64,000 nucleotides of DNA from a cyanobacterium endosymbiont of Rhopalodia gibba. GTDB taxonomy: Bacteria; Cyanobacteriota; Cyanobacteriia; Cyanobacteriales; Microcystaceae. Every line of letters starts with the position of its first letter. Position 1 is the stretch's first letter. Below are positions 14,749 through 25,947 of this stretch, in pieces. The translations under genes and the position numbers were made by a program. The stretch covers positions 480,001 to 544,000 of the forward strand of contig CP067995.1 of assembly GCA_045159875.1 (NCBI GenBank), written 5' to 3'. A model generated the notes under the pieces. That model did no database searches, was not told the origin of the DNA, and saw only the letters and a list, made by a program, of their open reading frames with translations.

Positions 14749-14973
14749 TCAGGGGACAAGTTTTTTAAGGTACTGACTTTCTACTAAAAAAACTCCTTTG
14801 CTAAAACGAACCCCCCAATAATCTCCAGGACGGCGATCAATAACAATGCCTTGGGAGCCAATTTCTAAAATATCAGCCGGACGCAACATGGGCATAGGAT
14901 CAGCCGTTTTTAGATAGGGAGGACTAACACTCAAGAAAACTTGGCAACCAACCGTAATTTCGGAAGAATTCAT
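14749..14973 (-). CDS. sipA: Regulatory protein SipA (NblS/Hik33-interacting, DUF3148)
   Basis: PPYLKTADPMPMLRP and DRRPGDYWGVRF signatures. Confidence 0.9.
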   Translation of the reverse strand: MNSSEITVGCQVFLSVSPPYLKTADPMPMLRPADILEIGSQGIVIDRRPGDYWGVRFSKGVFLVESQYLKKLVP

Positions 14974-15269
14974 ATCAATAATTAATGAAGATTCCAGACA
15001 AACTTAACTAAAAATATTGGCTTCAGAAGATGTGATTCATCAACTAATATTTAGACTCCTCGCAGAGGAAACCATGACATAATAAATTTCGTTAAGGTTT
15101 TTATTCTAACGAGCATTTCGGTTTTTGTCATGAAATTTGCTACCTTTCTATTAGGTAAAGGAAATATCCTTCTGTTAAATTTACTGGTAATGATTATTCT
15201 TGAGTTATTTATCAACTTTGAATTGTTTCAAATAGGTCAACTCTTGCTGAATAAATTCTCATCTTTAAT

Positions 15270-16241
15270 TTAATCAACTAGCTCTTTAGATTCTAACCAA
15301 TCTTGATTGTACAAACGGGATTGATATCTGGCTCCTCCATCACACAACACTGTTACAATAGTATGTCCAGGTCCCATCTCTTTGGCTAAAGCGATAGCCG
15401 CACCTACATTAATGCCAACCGACCCCCCCATGAATAAACCATCTTGGTACAATAATTGATGGACGACTCGAAGAGCTTCACGATCATTAATTTGGATGGC
15501 ATCATCGATGGGAACTCCCTCCATATTGGCGGTTATGCGACTATTACCAATTCCTTCGGTAATGGAATTTCCTTCAGGTTTAATTTCCCCAGTCTTTACA
15601 TAATTATAGAGTCCGCTGCCCATAGGATCGGCAACAATACATTTAATGTTAGGATTCTGCTCTTTAAAAAATAAGGCAGACCCTGCATAGGTTCCCCCAG
15701 TTCCGGTAGCAGATACCCAAGCATCTATTTTTCCATCGGTTTGCGCCCAAATTTCAGGACCTGTTGTTTCGTAATGAGCTAAGCGATTTGCTATATTGTC
15801 GAATTGATTCGCCCAGATAGCATTGTTCAGTTCTTGAGCTAGTCTTCCCGAAACCTTAATATAATTGTCGGGATCACGGTAAGGAACTGCAGGGACAGTT
15901 TTAACTTCAGCCCCCAAGATTCTGAGAAGATCAATCTTTTCCTGGGATTGAGTTTCAGGAATCACAATTAAACATTTATACCCTTTCGCATTGCAAATAT
16001 GGGCTAACCCTATCCCTGTATTCCCGGCTGTTCCTTCAACTACCGTCCCCCCAGGTTTAAGCAAGCCTTCTTCTTCTGCGCCTTTAATAATATATGAGGC
16101 GGCTCTATCTTTAACGGAACCCCCTGGATTGAGAAATTCGGCTTTCCCTAAAATCTCGCATCCAGTTTCTTGGCTGAAACTCTTTAACCGAATTAATGGT
16201 GTATTGCCAACTGTCCCAACGAAGCCGTCTTTGATATCCAT
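15270..16241 (-). CDS. cysK: Cysteine synthase
   Basis: KAEFLNPGGSVKDR PLP lysine motif, GTAGNTG, GTGGT. Confidence 0.93.
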   Translation of the reverse strand: MDIKDGFVGTVGNTPLIRLKSFSQETGCEILGKAEFLNPGGSVKDRAASYIIKGAEEEGLLKPGGTVVEGTAGNTGIGLAHICNAKGYKCLIVIPETQSQEKIDLLRILGAEVKTVPAVPYRDPDNYIKVSGRLAQELNNAIWANQFDNIANRLAHYETTGPEIWAQTDGKIDAWVSATGTGGTYAGSALFFKEQNPNIKCIVADPMGSGLYNYVKTGEIKPEGNSITEGIGNSRITANMEGVPIDDAIQINDREALRVVHQLLYQDGLFMGGSVGINVGAAIALAKEMGPGHTIVTVLCDGGARYQSRLYNQDWLESKELVD

Positions 16242-17118
16242 AATCCTCTATTTTGTCAAATGACAACAGATAGCGATTTCTTTTAGTTGATTTAATCGTT
16301 ATTCTCTTTTGTCTGATCGTCAACACTATCTCTGATAGTATCAGGAAATCAGTAAATAAATCGTAAGTTTTACAGAAGTTTTTGATTTTTTGTGTTACGT
16401 TAACTCAGTTACTGATTTAAGTAGAAAACAGCTACGGAAGGCAACGAATGAAGTTTAGTATGAGTTCAAAATTGTATCCAAACTCTGATAATATACGACC
16501 TCATAACTTTAAAAATGATCTTCTCAAAAAAGAATATTTTTCATTCAAGATACTCGCCAATTTTTTAGAATACTAGGAAACTTTAACTATATCTGTAAGG
16601 TACAGATGAGATTGCATATTCATAGAAAATAAATATTGGTTAATCCTAAGTGTTTTGCTTTGCTTTACGTCTCTATTATTACTAATTAAACTTTAATATT
16701 ACTTATAGCTCATAATTTTTTAATTCACTATTACTATGAAATTTATTAATAATCTAATTACAATAAATATAAGCTTTTGTTGTATATATATATTTATTGA
16801 TAAATAAAAATACTTCTATCTAGTCAAGATTTTTATAATCTGTAATGTAGATTAATTTTAAACTTAAAATATTATTGGTTTAACTACATCGAACATTTGA
16901 GCCCATCAGTACAAATCCAGTTCAAACTCTTGGTTTAGCATACATGGTTTAATTTAGATACAAGATCTGTTATAATACTATATGTGTAGTAATTGTGTTT
17001 TTTTATAAATTTATTGTTATTGTTCGAGATCAAACTCTGTCTTTAGATCTTTGACTATTAGATTACAGGTTTGGTATAAATAACTTTCTTAAAGTTCTAT
17101 CTCAAGATAAAAACTTAA

Positions 17119-18684
17119 ATGTCCATAATTGATCAACTAAAACTACTAGATACTATTGTTGTTACGGCAGAACAAATGAGGGAAATTGAAGCCCGAATTT
17201 TTAAGAACGGAATGCCTGTAGCAGCCTTGATGGAAAAAGTAGCAATTTTATTAGCTCGTCGAATACAAGAACTTTATCCCCTGTTTCAAACCTTACAAAT
17301 AGGAGTTTTAGTTGGACCTGGACATAATGGTGGAGATGCTTTAGTTATAGCTAGAGAATTGTATTTACAAGGTTATGATATTTGTTTATATCGGCCCTTT
17401 TCTAAGTTAAAAAAATTAACTTTACAACATGCAAATTATGCTCAGAGTTTAGGAATTCCCTCTTATCGAGATATTGAATATCTAGAAAAATGTGAGTTGA
17501 TTATTGATGGCTTGTTTGGGTTTGGTTTAACACGATCACTCTCAGAAAATGTTGCTGAGGCTGTAGATATTCTTAACCAAAGTCCTATTCCCATCATTAG
17601 TATTGATATTCCCTCTGGCTTACATACAGATACAGGAGAAGTCTTAGGAACAGCTATCAAAGCCACCTATAGTTTTTGTTTAGGACTGTGGAAACCAATT
17701 TATTTTCAAGATCAAGCCCTAGACTATATTGGCAAAGCAGAACGGATTGATTTTGGTATTCCTCCTGAAGATATTTGGGCGATTATACCCAAACCTGCCC
17801 CGATAAAACAGCTGACTTTAACCCTAGCACGACAATTTTTACCCTTGTGTCGTCCCTTATTAACCCATAAATACAAACAGGGGCATTTGTTGCTTATTTG
17901 TGGTTCTCGTCGCTATGCCGGGGGTAGTATCTTAACAGGGTTAGGTGCACGTAGTAGTGGTGTGGGAATGCTATCTATTGCCATTCCTGAGTCCCTAAAA
18001 CCTTTGTTAGTCAGTCAGTTACCCGATGCGTTAATTATTGAATGTCCCGAAACCGAAACCGGGACGATCGCCCAATTACCCCCCCTAGCAACAGCTTTTG
18101 AGAACTATGATGTCATTGCCTGTGGACCGGGGTTAACCTTGGAGGCAACATCGGTAGTCGAACAAGTGTTGACAGCACCGTGTCCTCTAGTTTTGGATGC
18201 GGATGGGTTAAATATCCTAGCTAAATTAGGAACTATTGACACTTTATCAAAGAAAAACAGCCTAACGGTTTTAACCCCTCATCTAGGGGAATTTAAACGA
18301 CTATTTCCTTGTATTGAGCATCCTGGCGGAGATAGAATAGCGGCTGTTCAAGCTGCGGCTAAAGCAAGTGGTACGATAGTTTTATTTAAAGGAGCTAAAA
18401 CAGTAATCGCTGACCCTAATGGTCATGTCTGGTTAATTCCTGAGAGCACCCCCGCTTTAGCACGAGGAGGCAGTGGAGACATTTTAACTGGGTTGATTGG
18501 CGGGTTATTAGGGCAAACTACTTCTAGTCTTCACCAAAAAGAGATAGACAGAGGAGGAATAGTGGCGACGGCCGCTTTGTGGCACGCTCAAGCGGCCATC
18601 TTGGCCGCAAAAGAACGAACTGAATTAGGGGTAGATGCTGTTACCCTGTCCAATTATCTTCACCAAGTGAATTGGAATAATTAA
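17119..18684 (+). CDS. nnr: Bifunctional NAD(P)H-hydrate epimerase/dehydratase (YjeF/Nnr)
   Basis: GPGHNGGD, DIPSG, LTPHLGEFKRL, LARGGSGDILTG motifs. Confidence 0.95.
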   Translation: MSIIDQLKLLDTIVVTAEQMREIEARIFKNGMPVAALMEKVAILLARRIQELYPLFQTLQIGVLVGPGHNGGDALVIARELYLQGYDICLYRPFSKLKKLTLQHANYAQSLGIPSYRDIEYLEKCELIIDGLFGFGLTRSLSENVAEAVDILNQSPIPIISIDIPSGLHTDTGEVLGTAIKATYSFCLGLWKPIYFQDQALDYIGKAERIDFGIPPEDIWAIIPKPAPIKQLTLTLARQFLPLCRPLLTHKYKQGHLLLICGSRRYAGGSILTGLGARSSGVGMLSIAIPESLKPLLVSQLPDALIIECPETETGTIAQLPPLATAFENYDVIACGPGLTLEATSVVEQVLTAPCPLVLDADGLNILAKLGTIDTLSKKNSLTVLTPHLGEFKRLFPCIEHPGGDRIAAVQAAAKASGTIVLFKGAKTVIADPNGHVWLIPESTPALARGGSGDILTGLIGGLLGQTTSSLHQKEIDRGGIVATAALWHAQAAILAAKERTELGVDAVTLSNYLHQVNWNN

Positions 18685-18777
18685 GAAGAAAGAAAACTCT
18701 AGAAAGAAGACTCTATTAATATAATTGAAGAAATCGTTAACGCGGTTAGCCACTAGTGGTGTGAGAAGAAAAGTCAT

Positions 18778-20650
18778 GATGACAGATCTCTCCCATTCAG
18801 GCACAACACGGGAACCTCAGTTAAATTATCCGCATCACCGCGTTTCGATGTAGGGGGGTAATTGTCTTACTAGGACTAAGAAGTACAAGTTTAATCTCTG
18901 GATGGGTTTTCTTGCAACGGGACCTAACTCCTTGGGGAGAAACTGAACTCAGTAATTTTTTAAATCGTCTAGTTCATTTAGGAACCCTTAAGTATTTTTC
19001 ATTAGGTCAAGTGCGTTTTGGCAAAAGTCAGATTGCTAAAACTACTACTGATCCTACTCAAGTTACTATGGCTGCTTTGGATGTAGCCTACAATCCTCTC
19101 ACATTGATTTTAAAACGAGAATTAGAAATTACGATAACAGCTATTCAACCAGATATCTATTTCGAAGAAGGGGAACGGGGAGATTGGTTACTAACAAAAT
19201 TCAATAGTGTTACAGGGAATAATTCAATTAAACTAAAATGTTTACAGATTAAAGATGCTAACGTTATTTTATTACCCTATTGAGCTAGAGGTAAAATTAC
19301 TGTTGCCACTAACTAAATTTGAACGCTTATCAAGTACAATCAACATTGTTAGTGGTCTTGATATAATCACCTTTAAAACTAATAGTTATTTAGCAAAAGG
19401 AGGGACGTTAAAAGTTGTTGACAGCAGACAAGGATCAAGATCAACCGGAGAAACTAATTTATTAGTCCGGGGACATCGCTTAGATATCAAAGGATTTAAA
19501 CATTTGATTGCTCTTCCTCTAACCTTCAATCAAGGAAGAATTGACACTAATTTAGAAGTTAGCATTAAACCGAATCAACTTCCTCAATTGAAAGAAATCG
19601 TTAATTTACATCAAGTTAATACTTCCATTACTTCTCTTTCTCATCCTTTGCAAACTCAGGGAAAACTTCGGTTACAAGACACTTAAATTATATTTAACCA
19701 AGTGACCACTCACTTTGGTTCCATTATTGGAATGATCCAAGGGAAACTTGGTTTAAAGACAGGATATAATTTAAGAGCTAAAATTCAAGCTACCTCTATT
19801 AGTCAAATTTTTACAACTTTTAAAAAACAAAACCCTACTATTTCCCTTTCAGAAGCTCTTCAAGGAGTATTGCAAATAAAAGGAAAATTAGACAATCCTC
19901 AAGTTCATTTAACTGTATCCAACACTAAATTAAGTAAAATTGATAAAGTTTAGTTATAAAAAATTTATGCTCAATTTTTTATAACTAAATCTGCTTTACT
20001 GATTAAACAATTTAAAACGGTTCCAACTTTTAGTGGAGTAATAACAGGGAAAGGAAAAATCGATATAGTTGCAATAAATTCGGCTAAACTTGGTAAATTT
20101 ATTTTTGACATACAAAGTTTCAATCTTTCTGGTGAAACCATGGCTAAAATTTATAGATGAGAAAAAAGTAGTTTTAAGATTGTAAATAGAACAGTTAAAG
20201 CAGATTTTTTAAACTTTTATCAAGACAATTAACAAGAAATAATAGAGACATTAAATATTGATTTAGATAGTTTTATTTTACCTGTTACTAAAGAGTAAAA
20301 TGATGGCATATTACAGTTTTTTAAAATAAACTTATAAAATGTTATTAAGCCACAATTTAAAATACTAAAAGTCGTAAAAAATGCGTAACCTATTCTAAAC
20401 AATGTAAGTATAATGGCAAATAATTTACAAATCTAGAATGGAAAATGGCATACAAATTTAGTTGTTATAGATGTAAAAAAAAAAGACTTTTTATTGAAAA
20501 TTATCCCTAGTTTAGACGGGATATTGAAGGGGACTTTCAACTTGACTGGGGATTTAGCATTGGGGTTAAATAACATTCAGGAGAAGGGAAACGCAACTTT
20601 AAAACTATCCAAGGTAAAATTAATGTCAATAACTTAAAATTAAATAATTG
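18778..20650 (+). pseudogene. TamB/AsmA-like (DUF748/DUF490) large envelope protein, fragmented
   Basis: Successive ORF fragments (18912, 19255, 19702) resemble the N-terminal part of cyanobacterial TamB-like proteins; decay increases toward the 3' end. Confidence 0.7.
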
Positions 20651-21739
20651 AGTATATTTTCACTTCCATAGTACTCAAGACAAATTTTTTACTATTACTG
20701 GCTCCTTAAAAGCAAAAAAAAATTAGAAATTAATGAATATTGAAATAATTTTTAGCAAAAAATATTTGTCAGTATAATGAAGTCTTAGTTATTCAGGTAG
20801 TTGGTTGCTATTACAGTATTTTTTATATAAAAAATCTTTATTTTTAGCGAAAATATATTAAAAATATCTAATTTTAGTTAGATAAATAGAAAAAAATAAT
20901 TAACATTATGAAATATGGTATTTCGTTCTGAAAAGTAAAAAAGGTATTTAACGACCTTAACCTACTAACTTACATAAAATATCGTTTTAATTATAAAGAG
21001 ACAAGATAACTATCAACAGTTCCCCTGTTGCTGTCTAAACAGCCTAATTATTGTGATTTTGGTAGTTTATACAGACATAAATGGAGTACCCAGAATAATC
21101 TTTGTACAATAAACAAGCAAGAAAGAAAGGAAGATATTTTTTGAAAATGTAAAGTTTATAAAATAAAACCTAGCTATAAAGCCGTATAAATACAATTATA
21201 TACTGATATCCTAAAATAATTTCGCAACACAGCCGAAAACTATCCTAAGATTAAACGAACTTAAAATTCAAGGCTAGCAGTTATGTATTGTTAATACATA
21301 ACAAATATGAATTGTCTAGAATAGATAAGGCTCTAATTATATATTAGACTTACTAAAAATTTATCAATAATGTCAATAAAGACTAAATGTATTGAGTATT
21401 GATCAATAAAACTCTATTTAACTTAGGATAATAAAAATAAATAAAACTCTAGTATAGCCTGACTTAGCAATGATTTAATAGCAAGTCAACTTTTTTCAAA
21501 TAAGGACTTTAAAATGTTAAAACTAATACTCTATAATAGATCTTGCAAATTAATAAATAATTTTAGTTGTTATTAGGCTACTATTAATTATAACTAAAAA
21601 TTACCAAGCAAGTAAGGCAATGTCGCTTTATATTCTGTAGACTAATTGTATTAATTTTACCTAATTAATTTAGCGAACAGTAGTAATGTTCAATAAAAAA
21701 AACAGGTTTTTTTTTAATAAAAAACTTTTATTTACTCCG

Positions 21740-22070
21740 TTTATGTCTTCATTATCTCAGCAAAATAAGATATAAAATCGTGCGATATTGTTTTTGATGC
21801 TTTTTTTGAAAAAAAACTTCTTCCAACTCTTTTGAATAAATAATTTCCCTGTTTTTCTCGATCTCTAAGATTGCAATCGACTGGTACTCTCCTTATTTAA
21901 TTGAGACTTGTCAATCTTTAGCTGTTCTTATTATAAAATAATATTTATAGTGATTAGATAAATTTTTAAATATTTTGAATTAACAATTACAATATTCAGA
22001 CTAAAATTTAGTGATAAAGATGAGTATAAAAATCTCAATTGTACTTAGTAATTGATTTATTTTTAATGAC
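21740..22070 (-). mobile_element. IS701-like transposase remnant with internal deletion (copy 1)
   Basis: Minus strand gives QVSIK*GEYQSIAILEIEKNREIIYSKELE..KNNIARFYILF; nucleotide similarity to 58440-58790. Confidence 0.5.
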
Positions 22071-22441
22071 TTTAATAGTTATTTTTTATTCTAAAAATAT
22101 TTTTTGTACTTATAAGTTTTTTTTTATTTTTAGCGATGGCTTTATGTTTTGAGATTTGTTATATTTAAACTCATCTCTCAATACGTAACTACTAAAAACT
22201 ATCCAAGCTTAATTAATTATGTATTGTGAACCTATATAGCCAACTAAGTCAATAGGGGAAAAGCTTCTCAAAAGTCGTCGACGTAACAAAATTACATCAC
22301 ATAAAGCATCGTTGAGGATAACAATTAGCCAGAATTGCTTTATGTAGAGGGGCGATCTATCTCTAAATAAAATGAATTAATGGAAAAAGATATGAGAGAG
22401 TACTGAATATATTCTTTTTTTTGCTCTTTATTTTAGTCTAG

Positions 22442-23092
22442 TTGATGAACAAATCAGATTCGAATATAATTTTACGATTACTGCCCTTTTTCGCGGGAGG
22501 ACTTGGCAGTATTCTCTTATTAATTAACCGTTTTACTACATTAACCCTAACGGAATCTCAGTCTCGTTCCGATGTTGTAGGAGTTATGCTCAATGGGGTC
22601 TTGATTTTAGTAGGGTTAATCTGGCACCAAGTTCAACCACGATCACCTGATGCTGTTACCCTGCTTGGAGAACAAGGTTTCGAATTTGCCCCCAATTTAC
22701 CAGAAGAAATCAAAAAAGAACTTGCTTGGGCCTCCTATTTAGTATTAACTAATACCGTTACCAAGTCTTTGGTGGTTTACTATCAGGGAGTGGTGGTGTT
22801 GAGACGAGGGATTTTAGGTATTAACTCTCAAGTGATTCCGGGCAAGATTTTAGAAAGAGTTTTGGCAAGTAAAAAGCCAGTTTATCTGGTAAATTTGCCT
22901 CTTTATCCAGGACGCGTCGAGTTTGATTATCTTCCTGAGAATACTCAGGGAGTGATATGTCAACCTTTGGGAAACCAAGGGGTTTTGATTTTGGGGGCAA
23001 ATGTACCCCGAAGTTATACTAAACAAGACGAAAATTGGATTCAAGGAATCGCTGATAAATTAGCAGATACATTACAAACCTACTTGCAATAG
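22442..23092 (+). CDS. Cofactor assembly of complex C subunit B (CCB2/CCB4 family; cytochrome b6 heme ci attachment)
   Basis: SQSRSDVVG, ELAWASYLVLTNT, LYPGRVEFDYLPENTQ motifs. Confidence 0.85.
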   Translation: MMNKSDSNIILRLLPFFAGGLGSILLLINRFTTLTLTESQSRSDVVGVMLNGVLILVGLIWHQVQPRSPDAVTLLGEQGFEFAPNLPEEIKKELAWASYLVLTNTVTKSLVVYYQGVVVLRRGILGINSQVIPGKILERVLASKKPVYLVNLPLYPGRVEFDYLPENTQGVICQPLGNQGVLILGANVPRSYTKQDENWIQGIADKLADTLQTYLQ

Positions 23093-23172
23093 GTCTATAT
23101 TTTTATCAGCCATTTTGGCTAGGGAACAGTAAAGACAACTCAACCTCTATTTACCTTCTGAGAAAACATCCG

Positions 23173-23793
23173 ATGGACCTATCTCTTGACCCCTTATCCC
23201 AAGTCCGAACTCTATCAGATTTAAGAGGTTCGATGACTCATTCCTATCATCAAGAAAGTCATTGGCAACCTCAAGTATTGCCGGAAACATCATTTTATTA
23301 TTTTGCCTATGGGTCTTGTATGTGTCCTGTAGACTTAAAACGAACTTTTGGCGAAAACACCTATCAATATGTGGTGGGAACCGCTATCTTGAAAGGATAC
23401 CGATTAGGGTTCTATCGTCGTTCCCTACGGCGTAATTGTGGGGCATTGGATGTAGTTCGTGATCTCAATTCTCGTGTAGAAGGAGTTTTATATCATCTTC
23501 CTTGGCGGTTTAGCGCTCGCCTTGATGCTCGAGAAGAGGTTCCCCGCAATGGATATCGTCACGAATATGTTAATGTTCACAGTGAAGGAAAACTCTATAA
23601 AAATGTGCGAACTTATGTTGTTATTGACAAACTACCTCAAGAATTAGCCCCCAATGATTGGTACTTAAATGTAGTATTGCGAGGCGCGGTCACTTGTGGG
23701 TTATCAGAGGAATATTGTTGGTGGTTATTTAACCATATGCACCAACTCCAATTACAACAAAGTCAAGAAGTTATTCTTGCGAATTGTTCGTGA
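23173..23793 (+). CDS. Gamma-glutamylcyclotransferase family protein
   Basis: YYFAYGSCM, VEGVLY, LDAREE motifs. Confidence 0.85.
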   Translation: MDLSLDPLSQVRTLSDLRGSMTHSYHQESHWQPQVLPETSFYYFAYGSCMCPVDLKRTFGENTYQYVVGTAILKGYRLGFYRRSLRRNCGALDVVRDLNSRVEGVLYHLPWRFSARLDAREEVPRNGYRHEYVNVHSEGKLYKNVRTYVVIDKLPQELAPNDWYLNVVLRGAVTCGLSEEYCWWLFNHMHQLQLQQSQEVILANCS

Positions 23794-23799
23794 GTAAAA

Positions 23800-23990
23800 A
23801 ACTATCTCTCACAGTTATCTTAGTGATCGGATCATTTAATGACATAGGCAAGGCGATCACCCATTGTTTAGCGACTGGTAGCTATCGTTTAGCTATTTGC
23901 GCCTGTAGTTAGGAAAAGTTACGGCAATTAATTAGCTGAAGAATTATAAAGTTTGGGAATGGATGTTAATCTATTGGCTTTGTGTATTTG
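23800..23990 (+). pseudogene. Short-chain dehydrogenase/reductase N-terminal remnant
   Basis: VILVIGSFNDIGKAITHCLATGSYRLAICACS*EKLRQL is a degenerate TGASSGIG Rossmann start. Confidence 0.65.
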
Positions 23991-24299
23991 CACTTGTGAA
24001 GTGGTTGTCGATATGGAGAATAAAAGTTATTGTTAATATTGATTTAATGAGTAATCATTGGTTTCTTTTGAGAGGTAGGGTTTATGCAGTGAGCAAATGT
24101 ACGTTTTTCACTTTAATAGAATGGTTTACGACAGGAATTAAAATAAGCGGAAAGTCAATTATTTTTTAGTGAAATAAATTGGTTGATTAGTTTTCTAATT
24201 ATATTTTCAAATATATACTTTTTAAATTGTTGTAGTGCTGAGTTGAGGATACTTTTCATTTCAATATTTTTACAAAATTGAAGCTTTTTTCCTAGAAAT

Positions 24300-25245
24300 A
24301 TCATACTAAAGCGAATTATAAAAACCCACTTAATAATTAATAAGAGAGCAACAATCTAGATAAAACGGTGTCTATAAAATCTTATTTAGCTCCGTATCTT
24401 CATTCATTTTAACTAGAAAGGAAGTACCTAAAAATTAAAAATTATGTAGGAGCAAGAAGATGATATTTACTCTGGAAAGTATCTCATGGATAAACCATTA
24501 AAAATAGTGAGCTCTCTGTAGGAACAGAGCTAATCTAATGATTAGAATAATTTTAGAAAACATAATAAATCAAGAAAAGAAGAAGTCAAAAATATCAATA
24601 ATAAGGATTAAAAACAAAGAGTAAAAAAAATTATTAACCAATAGAATACTTAAATAATTATCCAGCCGACTTAAATTAAAATTAGAAAGTTGAGGAATAT
24701 ATGCATTCAAAAGAGCTTCTTAGATAAAAAAATATTAAAAATTAATCTTGAAAAGTTCAAACTCAAAAAAAATATCCAGAAGCTGAAATAAATACATATT
24801 TTTTTAATGAACTTAGAGTAGAATCGAAGTCAATTAATAGATTTATCAAACGGATAACAAGAAATCCTTTATGGAATTAAATTATAAGAGTGAATAGAAA
24901 ATGGCTGAATTTAGTTGATGAACATTTGGACAAAGATGTAGGTTTATCTGAAAAAATTTTTTTTAAAATCATAAGAGATAATAGCGGATGGTATCTTAGA
25001 AACAAGAGAAAAATTTCTGCAGCAATCATTTAGAGAATATTTTCCAGCCTACTCTCCAGGATTAGGGTCAACAAAAAGATTATGGACGTTAGTATTTTAA
25101 ATCTTGATTTAATTAGTATTTTGCAGTTATTGATGAGATTGAATAATTTCTTGCTGAATTATTATTCAAAATAAAAGCTCAGACATTTAATTTATCATTG
25201 TAATTGTAACTGGCTAAATTTTCTGTAATTTTTTAGAAGGGTATA
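24300..25245 (+). mobile_element. IS630-family element, heavily decayed (copy 1)
   Basis: Fragments FNELRVESKSI (cf. DEHRVGLKPI) and FPAYSPGLGSTKRLWTLV (cf. LPAYSPELQPAERLW); homologous to 57230-58320. Confidence 0.75.
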
Positions 25246-25947
25246 ACAACCAGATTTAGTATTACCTGTAGTTACGGCGATCATTTTAGCTTTTTGTTGA
25301 AAATTAGGGAATAAATCTCTAACGAATAATCTTGCTCAGGTGATCACAGTTTGTATTTTTTTATTAATTTACTATCTCAAGTCATTATTTTTCTACAGTT
25401 GATCATCGTAGGACTGGCTTAACTGTGATTTAAGCATTTCAAAAACAGATTGTCTTCTGTGAGAAATCTAAATGTTTTCCAACTGTCTTCTTTCGTTTCC
25501 TTTTTAACAACTATTCTGTAGGAAACCTTGAGTATACCTAACTTTTTAGAGTTATAACACATTAAAGAGTTCTTTATTCCTTTAAGTTAGGTTTTCCTTG
25601 AAGTAGAAAGTTTTTTTAGGGGAATTAGGAATTATCCATTTTTTAGAATTTGATAGGGTTAATCAGTTTCATTAGCTAACTTGGTTTTATCATACTTATT
25701 CCAAGCGATTTAAACGTAAAATAGTTTATACATATCAAAGATAGTATAGTCCTTCATTTCTATTCTTAGATAGACCTAAAACTTAAACAGTCTTTACAAA
25801 ATTAGTTAGGATTAAAGTCTTAAAAGGTCGCTTTTTGTTCATTAGGAGAGTTAAGTAGGGTTAATTCTCCTGATCTGGGAAAATCATGATATTATGTCCT
25901 TAAAAAGTTTTCCTAGGAATTTAATAAAATAGTTAAATCCTATTGTT

